Shown piece by piece: positions 26,215 to 48,724 of a DNA stretch of 64,000 bases. Source of the stretch: Schmidtea polychroa (taxonomy: Eukaryota). The notes under the pieces are model-generated. The model saw only the letters and a list, made by a program, of their open reading frames with translations. It was not told the DNA's origin and did no database searches. The stretch covers positions 15,812,001 to 15,876,000 of the forward strand of contig CM097885.1 in the NCBI GenBank assembly GCA_044892525.1. The letters are read 5' to 3'. Each line of letters opens with the position of its first letter. Within the stretch, counting starts at the first letter, position 1. Made by a program: the position numbers and the translations under genes.

Positions 26215-28098
26215 ATGTTTGCAATCGTATGGGAAATGATGAAGAGGAATAAATTTGAATTTGATAATGAAATCAGCATTGAATTGATATGCAGAATTTG
26301 CAAGTGTTTAATGATAAAAGCTTGCAATGCTCCTTGCGGTTGTCGCTTTTGTTCTGATTGCATTGAACATTATTTGGATGGAAAAGATAAATTCTGTCCA
26401 GGAGATGCAAAACATTGTAGAAAGAAAATGATAAATTTTATTAAGGATGTTTCTGAAGATCATGCAGCCAATTTAAGGATTTCAGAAGTGATAGTGAGAT
26501 GCCCAATGCAAAATTGTCAATTCAAAGATGAATTAGAAGTGATGGAAAGCCACATGAGTACATGCACCAAGAACGCTGAAGGCTATAGCAAATTATTGAT
26601 TGATCAGATCAGTAATATATGCAATGAGATGCAAGCAATGAGAGATGAGAATGTGACATTGCGTAATGAAATTATCAATATCAATGTAAAATTTTATTTG
26701 TAATTAATTTTATTGATATTTGTGATTGTAGGTGAAACAGAGCAATATTGAAAGGAAAGAGGCGGAGAACAAAGGAGAAATAGAAGAATTGAATGAGGAA
26801 ATGGTGGCATTGAAGAATGCGAACCGCTCATTGAGAATGGATATGGAGACAAATATTGGATCAATCAATCAAGTTTGATTATTGGTTTGATTTACTATTG
26901 ATTTGTTATTGACGCAAAGCAGGTCAGACAGCAAATTGAGGCGATTGAATGAAAATGTCAACAGCAAATTGATGAGATGAGAGAGAAATGCGAACAGCGG
27001 CTGCAACAAGGGGATGAAAAGGTGATTTATATATTTATTGAAATATTTGATTTTGAGATTCAGTTGCAGCTTGAAATGGCGAAATGCGCCAATGATATAC
27101 GGCAGAATGAATCAAAATATCAACATCAAATTGATGAGTTGAAAGAGAAATGCGAGCAACGTTTGCAACAGGTCAGACTGCAAATTGAGGCGATTGAATC
27201 GCCTCAAATGAGAGAAATAATTCAATTGGCATTTTTAATTATTATCTTGATGCTCATGGCAGCTCAAATTCGGCAGAATGAAACAAAATGTCAACTGCAA
27301 ATTGATGAGACGAAAGAGAAATACGAGCAGCAGTTGCAACAGGGGAATGAAAAGGTGATTTATTGATTTATTGAAATGTTTGAATTTGAGATTCAGTCGC
27401 AGCTTGAAATGGCGAAATATGTCAATGAAATTCGGCAGAATGAATCAAAATATCAACATCAAATTGATGAGATGAAAGAGAAATACGAGCAGCGGTTGCA
27501 ACAGGGGAATGAAAAGGTGATTTATTGATTTATTGAAATGTTTGAATTTGAGATTCAGTCGCAGCTTGAAATGGCGAAAAGCGCCAATGAAATTCGGCAG
27601 AATGAAACAAAATTAGCAAATGAAAAATATATAAATTATGGATTTTTTGAATGGCAAATCGATAAATTTTCACAAGAAAAGAGAAATGAAATTATTTACA
27701 GCGAGGCATTTTATTCCGGGCCAATCGGTTACAAAATGTGCTTGTGGGTGGGGACTAGTGGTGATTTGTTTGGGATTTTTAATTGGGTTAATGTTGGTTT
27801 CTGTTTGATGCGTGGGGCAAATGATGAGCAATTGGATTGGCCGTTCAATCAATCCGTGACAATCGATGTGATCGATCCAGAAAATGGCAACATTTATATG
27901 AGCAAGTTTATGAAATATTCAGATCGCCCTCTTGATGCCGGATGGAGGAAACCGTCACAAGACAGAAATGATCCAATTGGCATTTATTATGAGTATTATG
28001 ATGTCAGCTCAATCTATAAATTAGCAGCCAAAAGTGATAAATTGCTGCTCAGGTGCAGAATTGAAAAATTCTTACAAATTAAAAAAACAAATCAATAA
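26215..28098 (+). CDS. TRAF-like protein, right-arm copy; extra exon with in-frame TGA (truncated/pseudogene unless the exon is skipped)
   Basis: Predicted exons 26215-26685, 26732-26872, 26923-27021 (TGA 26950-26952), 27070-27354, 27403-27516, 27565-28098. Confidence 0.8.
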
Positions 28099-31000
28099 AA
28101 ATTGATTTATTTTGGCTTTTGATTTGTTTTATTGTTTGCATTTTTTATTATATTTATTATATGAGATAATTATTGTGGTAATTATTGTCATTCTCGCCTT
28201 CCATCCGATATCATCATCACTTGGCGGAGCGCTCACAGCAAATTGCCAATTGCAATATCAACATCAATTATATAATTAAATAAAAGCAATTTAATTAAAT
28301 CAAAACATTTAATATAAATTTGAATAATTATTATAATTAAATTAATAATTAATTTGAAAGAAATGAAATTAAAATTCACCCGAATATAAGCGCTGACAAA
28401 TCGCCTCAACAAATCAAACGCTCCTATGACGAGTGGAACTGACGAAAAAACCGCCGCTGATGTTATATGAGTTTTGGATAAATTATTGCTGTACTGAATG
28501 GCAGTAAAATGCACCTAAATGCAATACTAACACCGCGTTATATCAAATTGAATTCTTTGAATTTTACTTATTAACAAACAACGAAATTTATCTTGAAATC
28601 TTGAAATTATAAAAAAGGGGATCATTTAGGAAATTTATAAATGAGGTTTTAAAGTGAAGTTGAGTCCAATACCTAATCTACATCAATACCTTGTGGTGAT
28701 AAGTGACGGTTATGGAGTTTAAGGCGGGGGGGTATTTATAAAATTTATAAATTATAATCTTAAATTAAACGTAAGTTGAGCATACATAATAAAGTAATTT
28801 ACATTAGCGAATTTGGTACTTGATTGATGGTCATATTACTTGAGGGGCATAAATGAAATTATAATTTTAAAATTCAAAATTTTAATTAGACATTTCTAAG
28901 AAAACAATTTACATTAATACATTTAGGATGAGATTAGTAGCAGTGGCACTTTAAGAGGTCAAAAATAAAATTTGTAAATTAATATTTTAATTCTCAAATA
29001 CAAGATGAATAAATATATAGATAATCTATATTAGGGAAATTCTTAATAAGTAGATGACTCTTAGCAATACACAAAGCAATCAAACACTTCCAACATTTAT
29101 TCGAAGGACGAAACTTAAAAATATTCACAGATCACAAACCGCTAACTAACGCAATCATAATAAAGAACCCCTCACCAAGTCAAATTAGACAATTCAACTT
29201 CATTTTACAATTTAACTGCACAATAAACTACGTAGCGGGAAAATAAACATAGCAGCTGACGCTCTATCAAGAAACGAAAGTGACATAAACTCCCTGGAAT
29301 TCGAAAACATAATCAAATTGGATCAAATTAAATCCAAACAAAACGAAACAATTAACAAACTTCCCACTAAACACAGTTTGAAACTACAAGAACTCAACGG
29401 AGTATGGCACGACGTCTCCAACAAAAGCAACAAACGAATATTACTTCAGGAGGAATTCCGTGAAAACTGCATCGAAAAGATACACAAGATTAATCACTCT
29501 GGAAACAAAGTAACATTCGAACTAATAAACAACAATTATATATGGCCTAAAATGCGGAAAGACATCAAAAACTACGTCAAGAGAGTTCACAGCTGCCAGT
29601 TAAATAAAACAACAAAAAACTCAAACCTCTAAAAGTAAACTTCCCAAGCAGCGAAGTCTTCTAAACAATACACACAGATATTGTAGGACCACTACCACCA
29701 AAAGACAACTACAAATACCTGTTGACAATTATAGACAGCAAATCCAACTGGTTCGAAGTAATCCCAATAGAAGAAATCACCGCAAAAAATATATGTGAAA
29801 TGATCGAATTAAATTGAATAGCTTGTTATGGCCAACCGAAAACATTCATAACCGATCAAGACAGACAGTTCGAATCAGAAATGTTCAAAATACTCTGCAA
29901 CAAATACAACATCAAAAAGAACCGAACAACAGCTTTCTTTGCAGTATTGGGCCAGAACGACTGGAAAACCTTTAATTCCCTTGTATATCTCCTCAACTGA
30001 CTTCTATATATCCAAAACTTCGTAACCTAGAATATCTTTTTTTCTAACTACAATAATAACTAAAAAAAGGAAAATTACAACACATTTATAACGAACATTC
30101 ATTTAATTTTTGATGTTGCACAAGTCTAATAAGGATCCATAGAGTTACAGAATTACATCAAGTCTGAAATTTGAGTCGTCTAAATCAGCATTAAATAATA
30201 AATCAGCATTAAAATATAAGGCTGCTGGGCCAGTGTGATGGTGGATTGGGTTGTACTTGTTGAAGGCATTGGAGGGATTAATTGGAGAATTAATAGCGGC
30301 TAACTCGGCTAGCCATCGGGCATTTGCCCGCTGTCGGCGCAGTCTGTGGGTCTCTGCGTATTGATTTCAATTTGCCGGAGATGGAGTCGCTATTGGTACT
30401 GGTACTACGGAAACTGGTTGGGGCGTTGGAACTTGAGTTGTTTAAACAGGTTCTACTACACCACTGCTGGGAGGTAAGTGATGACTGAAGATCACATCTA
30501 AGTTCATTAAGGCCGCTCCTTGTGTGATTCGAGCTTCCAATTATTTTGCCGTGTACATCTTGGGCAACGGCTCATGTTTTTTTCTAATTACTAACCGTTG
30601 CGCCAGACTTTCCGTTACAATTTCCTGTCTAGTCCAGTCTAAGTGAAAGATGCGCTGATGTAATGTATGGGCCTTATCTGGTGAGAGCCAAGTTGCCTCA
30701 AACTGATTTAGTCCTTTTGGTTTTCTTCTCGGTTGCTTCCTTAATTTCTGGATTTATTCTGTCAAATGTACCTCTCTGGGTGAAAGAGTTTTATTAGCCT
30801 AAGTTGGAAGCTTTTGCCATTTAAAGATGGGAAATTTAACTGATGAAAGTTATACGCTTCACACATTTCAAAGAGGAATTTGAAGTCATCACTCCAACCA
30901 GGGTTTTCACTCGGTGTGAGTGTCTCTTCTCTTCTATATTATCGCTCAAGAATTTCATATTCGCTGGAAACGGATTAAATAAAACTATAGTTCATATTGG

Positions 31001-31322
31001 GCTTGACCGAACGTGTCGGGACACAATAATCAAGCAAATGGCGAATAATCAGGTCAAGTACATGGCTTTGGCAACCGATAAACTGTGGTTTTTCTAATAT
31101 TTTCCTTTCGAACTCTCTTTGAATTCGAATTACACTCCATTTGTTAACAGATGTCGTGTCACACGATCATTTGAATATTTTTCCAAGCATCAAACTTGTC
31201 TAACAAATTCGTCATTGAATCAAAAATAACGTCTGCTGAGCCACTTTGGCAAATGAGAATTCCCAGGTTCAAATAGCGATAATTTAGACCTGGCGCTTTC
31301 GTTTCGTTGCTGTTGATATAAG

Positions 31323-33116
31323 TGTAGCCATCCAAATATTAAAATATAAAATGTTTTAATATTAGGATAGTTTGTTTAAATATTCAAACATTGTTATTAA
31401 AATATAATTTGAAATGTCAGCGTAACCATGAACGGTGCGATGGAAGCCTTCAACCAATATCATTTTTCTCAAGGAAACTCAGCTCAACAGAACAAAAATA
31501 TTCAACATTTGACAGAGAGCTGCTTGCAGTTTACCTGTCCGTTAAAAATTTTAAGCACTACCTGGAATCAAACGAATTCTGTCTAAAAACTGATCATAAG
31601 CCGCTCATTCACATGAGTTCGATGAAAAACCCTTCAAATCGTCAATGGCGATGGATCAACTACATTTACCAGTTTAACTTCAACATTCATCACATAAGAG
31701 GTCAAGACAATCAAGTTGCTGACTTTCTATCGCGACAAATGGAGACAGAACCTCAAGAAGCCATAGTTAATAATATCAAGCTAACAGAATTAATTATCCA
31801 ACAAAAAGACGAATCCTTTATTAAATCACTGAAATCAACGACTTTGAAGTTACAGGAAACTGAAAATGGCGTTCTTGTTGATGTCAACAACAACATCGTC
31901 AGGATAATTCTACCCGAAGTCTTTAGACGGCTAGAATTCAACCGTCTACATAACAGGTGCCACCCTGGGGCAAATGCGACGATCAAAATGATTAAACAGA
32001 AATATGTTTGGCCAAAAATGAGAAGTCAGATACGTAAATGGTGTAAAGAATGCGAATCATGCCAAAAGAACAAGATAAATAGACATACTAAATCAAAACT
32101 AGGACAACTACCAGACAGAGGTAAATTTAAAATAATTCATATTGACATAGTAGGTCAATTGCCCTCAGTCAACAACAAAAGGTTTCTTTTGACAATCATT
32201 GACAGATTCTCCTCATGGCCGGAAGCTTTTGCAATAAATGAAATAAACAGCTCAAGCATAGTTAATATACTCGAAAAAGAATGGATTCCTCGATATGGAG
32301 CGCCAGAAATTGTCATTACTGACAATGGCAGACAATTTGTCTCATCAACTTTCAAGGAGCTGTGCTCAAAATATGCCATCGAACATCGACATACAACTGC
32401 ATACCATCCTCAGTGTAATGGCAAAGTCGAAAGATGGCACAGAACATTAAAAGCAGCTCTTCGAACACATTCCGACAATGCCAATAGAAGTTGGGCTAAC
32501 GACATACCGGCAGTTATGCTTGGCTTAAGAAACGTCACATCAGAAGAAACCGGTCTATCACCAATGCAAGTGGTTTTTGGAACCGATTCCAGAATGCCAG
32601 GTGACATCGTACTAAAAAAATTGAAGAAACGCAAATGCAACGAAAGGTCATACTTTCCGAAAGAATTAAAAACATGCAGTCACGTATGGATGGTCAAAGA
32701 ATCAAGGTCTTCCCTTCAACCAATATATGAAGGACGCTTCAAGGTCATTAGTCGCAGTGAAGATTTCAAAACATATCAAATTGAACAAAATTCAAAGATA
32801 GTCAGAGTCTCAGTTGACAGACTAAAAGCCGCATTTTCAAGTTAAGATACTCCATAATCTACGTTGGGGGTTTATGTAGCCATCCAAATATTAAAATATA
32901 AAATGTTTTAATATTAGGATAGTTTGTTTAAATATTCAAACATTGTTATTAAAATATAATTTGAAATGTCAGCGTGTTCTTCTCCCAACAATAAGTTTAA
33001 ATGAACTCCCAATTTTGGAAGTTTTTGATAAAGTAATGAGAATGGAATTGAAAGAGCGAGAAAATAAACATTATTTAAACAACATTCTATAATATAGGAT
33101 TCCTATATATGACACA
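31323..33116 (+). mobile_element. Internally deleted Ty3/Gypsy LTR element
   Basis: Direct repeat starting TGTAGCC at 31323 and 32875 (~101 bp shared); G-rich tract before the 3' LTR; probable TSD ATAAG/ATTAG. ORF 31391-32845 has YSTFDRELLA and TDHKPL (RNase H), HHCC finger, and HIDIVG/TDNG/VERWHR (DDE). Confidence 0.9.
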
Positions 33117-34491
33117 ATTAGCTCTTTTCAGCTGAAATCAGAACTTTATTTTTAAACGTTATTAATCAGATAAATTAAGAATTATCACATTATTGTTACT
33201 CTGTTTCCATTATAGAATTGGAGGCATAGAATGGTAAACAACGACAATCTGGTAGGACAGTTTCTTAAATGTAACATTTAGCTTGGAAATTAGGGTTTTT
33301 AAATAGGAATATTAACTAGAAAATCTAAAAAAACACCTAGATCACACTTTGCCATATAATTTTTAGATCCTTATGAGAGCGCCACGGTTTTTCAAAATTT
33401 AATAACCCCGACAGCAAAAATGCGATTTACAAAAAAATGTTTGCTTTACAGGCAAGCATTGCTATTTTATATACGACTCTATTTAATGATGAGAGCAATT
33501 ATCTCAACATATCACAATTATAATAGCGATATAGATGTTATTAATATAATAAAGATATAAATGGCAGAGATCAATTATGATATAAATCGGAACCACAGCC
33601 ACAATAGAACGACTAAATAACACTGATCGTAATCATACAAAGATGATAGTCATGAAAGTGGGAATAATCATAATAGTACTGGTAGGTTTCAGGTAAACTA
33701 TATTTTACACTCTAGTATTGTAGTAGGAATCCAAAAAGCTTTACGTGAAACTTTGGCAATAAACCGGATAGGAATAAGTCAGAGAATCGGTAACTCCTCC
33801 ATATTAATTATTTAATTCCTGTAAAGTACATTGATTTCATAAACATAACAGTCTGTTTCATGTAACTCGTGCGACTGTCAAGCAAACATTAATAAAATCT
33901 AAAACCAACAAAAATCAAAAAATACAGAAGAAACGTTTATTTACAAATTGTAAGCTTAAATAATCGTTTAAAATATACGCGGCATTTGTACAGATCCAAT
34001 CGCATCATCCAATAGAATTGTGTATCACCGACACAAAATGTGATAATAATAATAATAATAATATATAGAAAGGGCAATAAAAACAGTACAAATCAAAAAT
34101 ATTAAAATTCTATTTAGTTCAATTAAAAATGTATATAATTATTAATAATAATGATAATATCATGGTAACCAGGGAGGAGCATAGATACATATATATGTAC
34201 ACGTACCGCTGCTAGATGATGGTGTAAATATATCCCAGTGCTAAAAGGCGCTGCTGTCCATACCAGTGAGGGGTGATACCGATGTGTTGCTATTACCGTT
34301 GCTAATCATCATCATCATCATCATAATAATAATAATAGTTATTACAAGCACAGATCATTACAACCATATATACATATACATCACAGGCCAAATGGCTTCA
34401 ATAAATCCACACAAACACATATCATATTATATTATATATTATATATCATATCATTCTCTCTGGCAGCCCCTCATCTGAATTTCGCTTCGAT

Positions 34492-42353
<7,862 letters not shown>

Positions 42354-42361
42354 CAAAAAAA

Positions 42362-42610
42362 ATAACAAGCAAAAACCATCAAATTTATACAATTAAAAAT
42401 ACTAAAATAGCACTAACTAACGCAGATGACAAAAGGGTTTGGGTGGGGAAAAATACTAGTTTAGCATATGGGCATGTAAGATTAAGTCAATTAAATGTTG
42501 GAGAAGATGATGAAGAATTTGATGAAGAAGATGTTGGAGAAGATGTTGGAGAAGTTGTTGGTGAAGATGATATTGATATTGATGACATTATTTTATCTGA
42601 CGAAGATTGA
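42362..42610 (+). pseudogene. Mirror copy of the PolB C-terminal fragment
   Basis: Same 83-codon frame, TGA at 42608-42610. Confidence 0.75.
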
Positions 42611-42972
42611 TTTTATTAAATAAAATTTTATATCTTTACTTTGTTCTTTTTATGTGTTTGGTAAATTTTTATGTTTGTTATGTGTCTAGTTATTTTTATG
42701 TGTTTAGTTAATTTTTAGGTGTTGCATAGTACACTCATACCTCGCTATACGGCTGCTCTTTATACGGCTTTTCGCTATAACGGCCTACTTTATTTACGGC
42801 ACTTTTTCGATTTACGGCCTAAAATGTTTCGTTATACGGCCAAAAATCCTATTGAATTGTATATGGAATTGTATCAAAATATTTGATTCGTTATGCGACG
42901 TTTCGCTTTGCGGCCAACTTTCCTGGAACGTATCTAGGCCGTAAAGCGAGGTATGAGTGTATTTGGTTGAAA

Positions 42973-44360
<1,388 letters not shown>

Positions 44361-44983
44361 AGTAGGTAGAAGTGAGCCCACGATGACTTATAGAAAATTT
44401 TGAGGTCAACCTAAGGACAAATTTAAGGGCAATGTCATTTTCAGGACAATTTAAGCCATTTTAAGGTCAAATTCTGAGGTCAATGTTGATTTTAGGCTAT
44501 TTTAAGGTCAACTTTTGAGGCCAAAGTCTAATTTTTTCTCAATTTAAGGTCATAGAAAATTTTAAGGTCAACTCACCTACCTCTAACTTTAAGGTCATAG
44601 AAAATTTTAAGGTCAACCCCCTACCCTTACCACTTAATTTTAAGGTCAAATTGAGGTCAAAATTAAAAATTTTAAAAATTTTCTTAAGTCCATTTAACGA
44701 ATTACTTTATAGAGAGTTTTCAAAGTCAAAACACGTTTTAATACTACGTTTGCAAATGTCTTTGTTGCACATGCATTTGCAAATGTCTTTGTTACTCATG
44801 CATTTGCATTGCAAATATCTTTGTTACTCATGCATTTGTATTGCATGTCTTTGTATTACACACCGTAAGGATAGAAAAATATTTCTAAGCGAGATCTAAA
44901 TTGACTGTGTGTAAAGGGCAATAAATAAGGGTAAAATAAAATTTTTTTAAGAAAATAAATGTAATTTTATTTAAATTTATGAC

Positions 44984-45070
<87 letters not shown>

Positions 45071-45074
<4 letters not shown>

Positions 45075-45734
45075 GGTGGGTCGAATGTTAATAAATTTTG
45101 AGTTCAAGAAAGGAAACATGGTTAAAAAGTTGTATTTTGGTATAGAAAAATCGAATCAAACCATTTTACTTAGATTTATGGACATTTACTGCTCCCAACT
45201 TTTTTCCGAAAATGCAGTTCAACATAAGTGTGAAAACAATGTAATTTGGCTAGTGTCGGAATGTGTTTTGCGCCTTTGTCCATATTTAGATGTAGCTTTC
45301 TTAAGAGCTTTAAGTATATTATTTACTCTCTTGGGCTGAGATAGTATATTCTGTGTCCTCATCCCGCATTGAAATATATCCTGACAACGTCAGTGATTAG
45401 GAAGGGCCAAATTTGAATTATCCTTTTCAAAGACAAAAATCAACTTTCGAAATTATTTTTTATTAAAAACATCCAGCCAAAAGTTTAGAAATGTATTAGC
45501 GAGGGCATAAAAAGAAGTCACATGAAATCAGCTTTGCTTTGCACCTTGGGCAATTCCTTCCTTGATTTTTTACACAGTAGTACCATACCATGTCTGGACT
45601 TGTGACCAAACACTTTGCAACTGGCAGAAAAAACATCTTTGATGGCTCTTTCAACGGCTTGAGAATGACAGGGAAATTGTTCTAATGTAATTTTCTTATT
45701 CATCTTCAATTCATGATCCAATAATGAGATAAAA
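45071..45734 (-). mobile_element. Truncated 3' end of the hATm-like transposon, forming the outer end of the right arm
   Basis: Reverse complement of 5379-6043; ORF 45518-45721 equals the last ~67 aa of the transposase. Confidence 0.92.
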
Positions 45735-46189
45735 ATTTATGCGTGTCTGTATATGAAAACATTGATAAGAAGCAATAAATATTATATCAAATCTCTTATG
45801 TTTTACATAGAACTATATTAACCAATCAGAATCATAACCAGTATTAGTATAAATAAAACAGAATATTTAAAATTAATGTACAATGTCAAAATCAAATTTT
45901 GCAGAAAACATCTAAAAAAGTTTGGTTAATGAGAATATCGCACAAAGCCTCAGTTTCCTAGTTAAACAAACTGAGAAAATCATTGACGGAAACCATGTCG
46001 ACTACCAAACCATGCTTGATATGGAATGCCTGGAGACGAAGAAATTTTATTTCAAAAGGATTTTCGACTGTCTATTTGACGACCAAATGAAGCGGACCAG
46101 AATAATCATAGGTTTTACCTATATGAAGATTATTATAGAAAAAAGTCTATACGATGCTGATCATTATTATCTGTGGTCTCAAGAAGTAA

Positions 46190-46760
<571 letters not shown>

Positions 46761-47537
46761 AATTTGTAGATAGTCAAATCCAAGTTTTCGCCATGGATCG
46801 ATGCCAATGGTGGATGGCACACACTAGTCGAACTTGCCCAGAACGTACAAGAAATAGAGCAAGCCTAAGCAAAAGTCAAAAGTTATATGCGATTAGCCTT
46901 GGGAGTTGTTGTATTATATGTAATGTTTAAATATTTAAATAAAAGTTAATGTTGTTATTTATAAATATTATACTTTAAATATACACTCAAACTAAAATTT
47001 ATTAACACATTCACATTCATCATCTCCGCATTTCATAACATTTTCAACGATATGATCTATACAATCGTTATATACACGCGGTTCGGTATACTTAATATTT
47101 TCAGTTATATAATCCGTAAGTTCCTCCTTAGGTTCATCAATTTCTTGTATGATTTCCTCGTCATCTTCTTGTGTGTTTTCTTCATTAATTTGTTCTGTTA
47201 TTGCCTCATAAGTTTCATCAAATCTTGAATCTTCACTACCCAGTCTATATTTAATTCATTTGAAACAGATAATACATCCTCCATTTTTACACAAGATATT
47301 TCTGCTAATTTTGCCAACAAAACATTGATTAAATATTCTAAACAATAAATAATTCAATCAATAACTGACCATATTAACCTTTTTCTAACGTCATTATTAA
47401 CACTTTAAAACTATAATGTAAGTTTGTTTATCGAATGTCTTTGTTAAAGTTTGCATGTATTTTGCATTGATTTTGCAATTTCCTGGTTAAGTAAATGAAA
47501 AACAAATAGGACAAAATACATTTATTAAATACATTTA

Positions 47538-47924
47538 TTAAAAACAATAAATATAGCAAAATTTATAAAAATAGCTGTGAAAGTCTAGCAGACATAGTTT
47601 TCCAAATTGGAGAATATTATCAATATTATCATTATTATCAACTTTATATCCCTGGATTGCTATTGTTATATACCAATTTTCGTTTTCTTTAAAGCTGATT
47701 TCATCAATGGAATCATAAAATCTTGCATATCGGTTGTTGAACCATGCATGTTGATTACATGATAGATTCGCATCCAACCGTTTGAAAACCTCAATAGATT
47801 TAACATCTATCATTGAAAGTGTGCCGGATAAGAATTGAAATTGAGTAGGAATTAGCTTGATCGGTGACACCAATTTCATATTGATTTCTTCTTTTAAAAA
47901 ATGCATTTTGTAGTTGTGGAACAT
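47538..47924 (-). CDS. Unknown intronless ORF remnant, possibly Polinton-derived
   Basis: 128-aa ORF near the ATPase fragment; no motif recognised. Confidence 0.25.
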   Translation of the reverse strand: MFHNYKMHFLKEEINMKLVSPIKLIPTQFQFLSGTLSMIDVKSIEVFKRLDANLSCNQHAWFNNRYARFYDSIDEISFKENENWYITIAIQGYKVDNNDNIDNILQFGKLCLLDFHSYFYKFCYIYCF

Positions 47925-48170
47925 TTGAACAGGTTGTACAAGTTCTGCAACAACAACCTTTGGTTTTTCAGTGCTTGATATTTTCTTGGTAATCGTGAAT
48001 TATGATGGAATTGTAATGGTACAGGGTTTTTATACCTATGGCTATTGTTTATAAACCAATCAAATTGCAGTATGTCTTTGTTTTAATTACATTCAAAATG
48101 CATTGATGTTGCATTGTCATATGTTATATGTGTCATATTATTATTATTGCTTTTATTACTTCCAAACTAA

Positions 48171-48284
<114 letters not shown>

Positions 48285-48397
48285 AATGATGATTGCTTGG
48301 TAGCAGCATTTATTATTTAAAACAATAAAATGATAATTTAAGCCTTTTGCTGCAAATAATGTATTTAATGAAAGAATTTTCGACTATAAGATAGTCC

Positions 48398-48718
48398 TTG
48401 ATCAGCAGACATGTTGGTGTAACAGTTATTATCATAACACAAAATCTATTTCATCAAGGTGGTGCACATCGAACACGTAATTTAAATGTACAATATTTAG
48501 TTATTTTCAAGAATCCTAGAGATGCAACTGTCATTGATTTTCTTGGACGACAAGCATACCTTAATAACCGTAATTTTCTTATCATTGCATTTCAAGATGC
48601 TACTAAAATACCGCATGGATATATATTTCTTGATTTCACACAACAATGTCCCGATGATTTACGAGTAAAAACAGATATTTTCAACCCAAAAGGTGCCATG
48701 GTTCAAAAACAAAGTTGA
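48398..48718 (+). pseudogene. C-terminal half of a Polinton/Maverick packaging ATPase (A32/FtsK-like)
   Basis: SRH...VIIITQNLF...RT-x-x-LN-x-x-YLVIFKNPRD...RQ...DAT...GY-x-x-LD...LR-x-KT-x-IF. Walker A/B half is absent. Confidence 0.85.
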
Positions 48719-48724
48719 AACATA

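Noticed and set aside
32875..32995. Alternative 3' LTR end at 32990 (AACA followed by ATAAG, a perfect TSD match)
   Set aside because: It would give a 116-bp LTR without the AATAAA at ~33063; an end at 33116 seems more LTR-like. Not certain.
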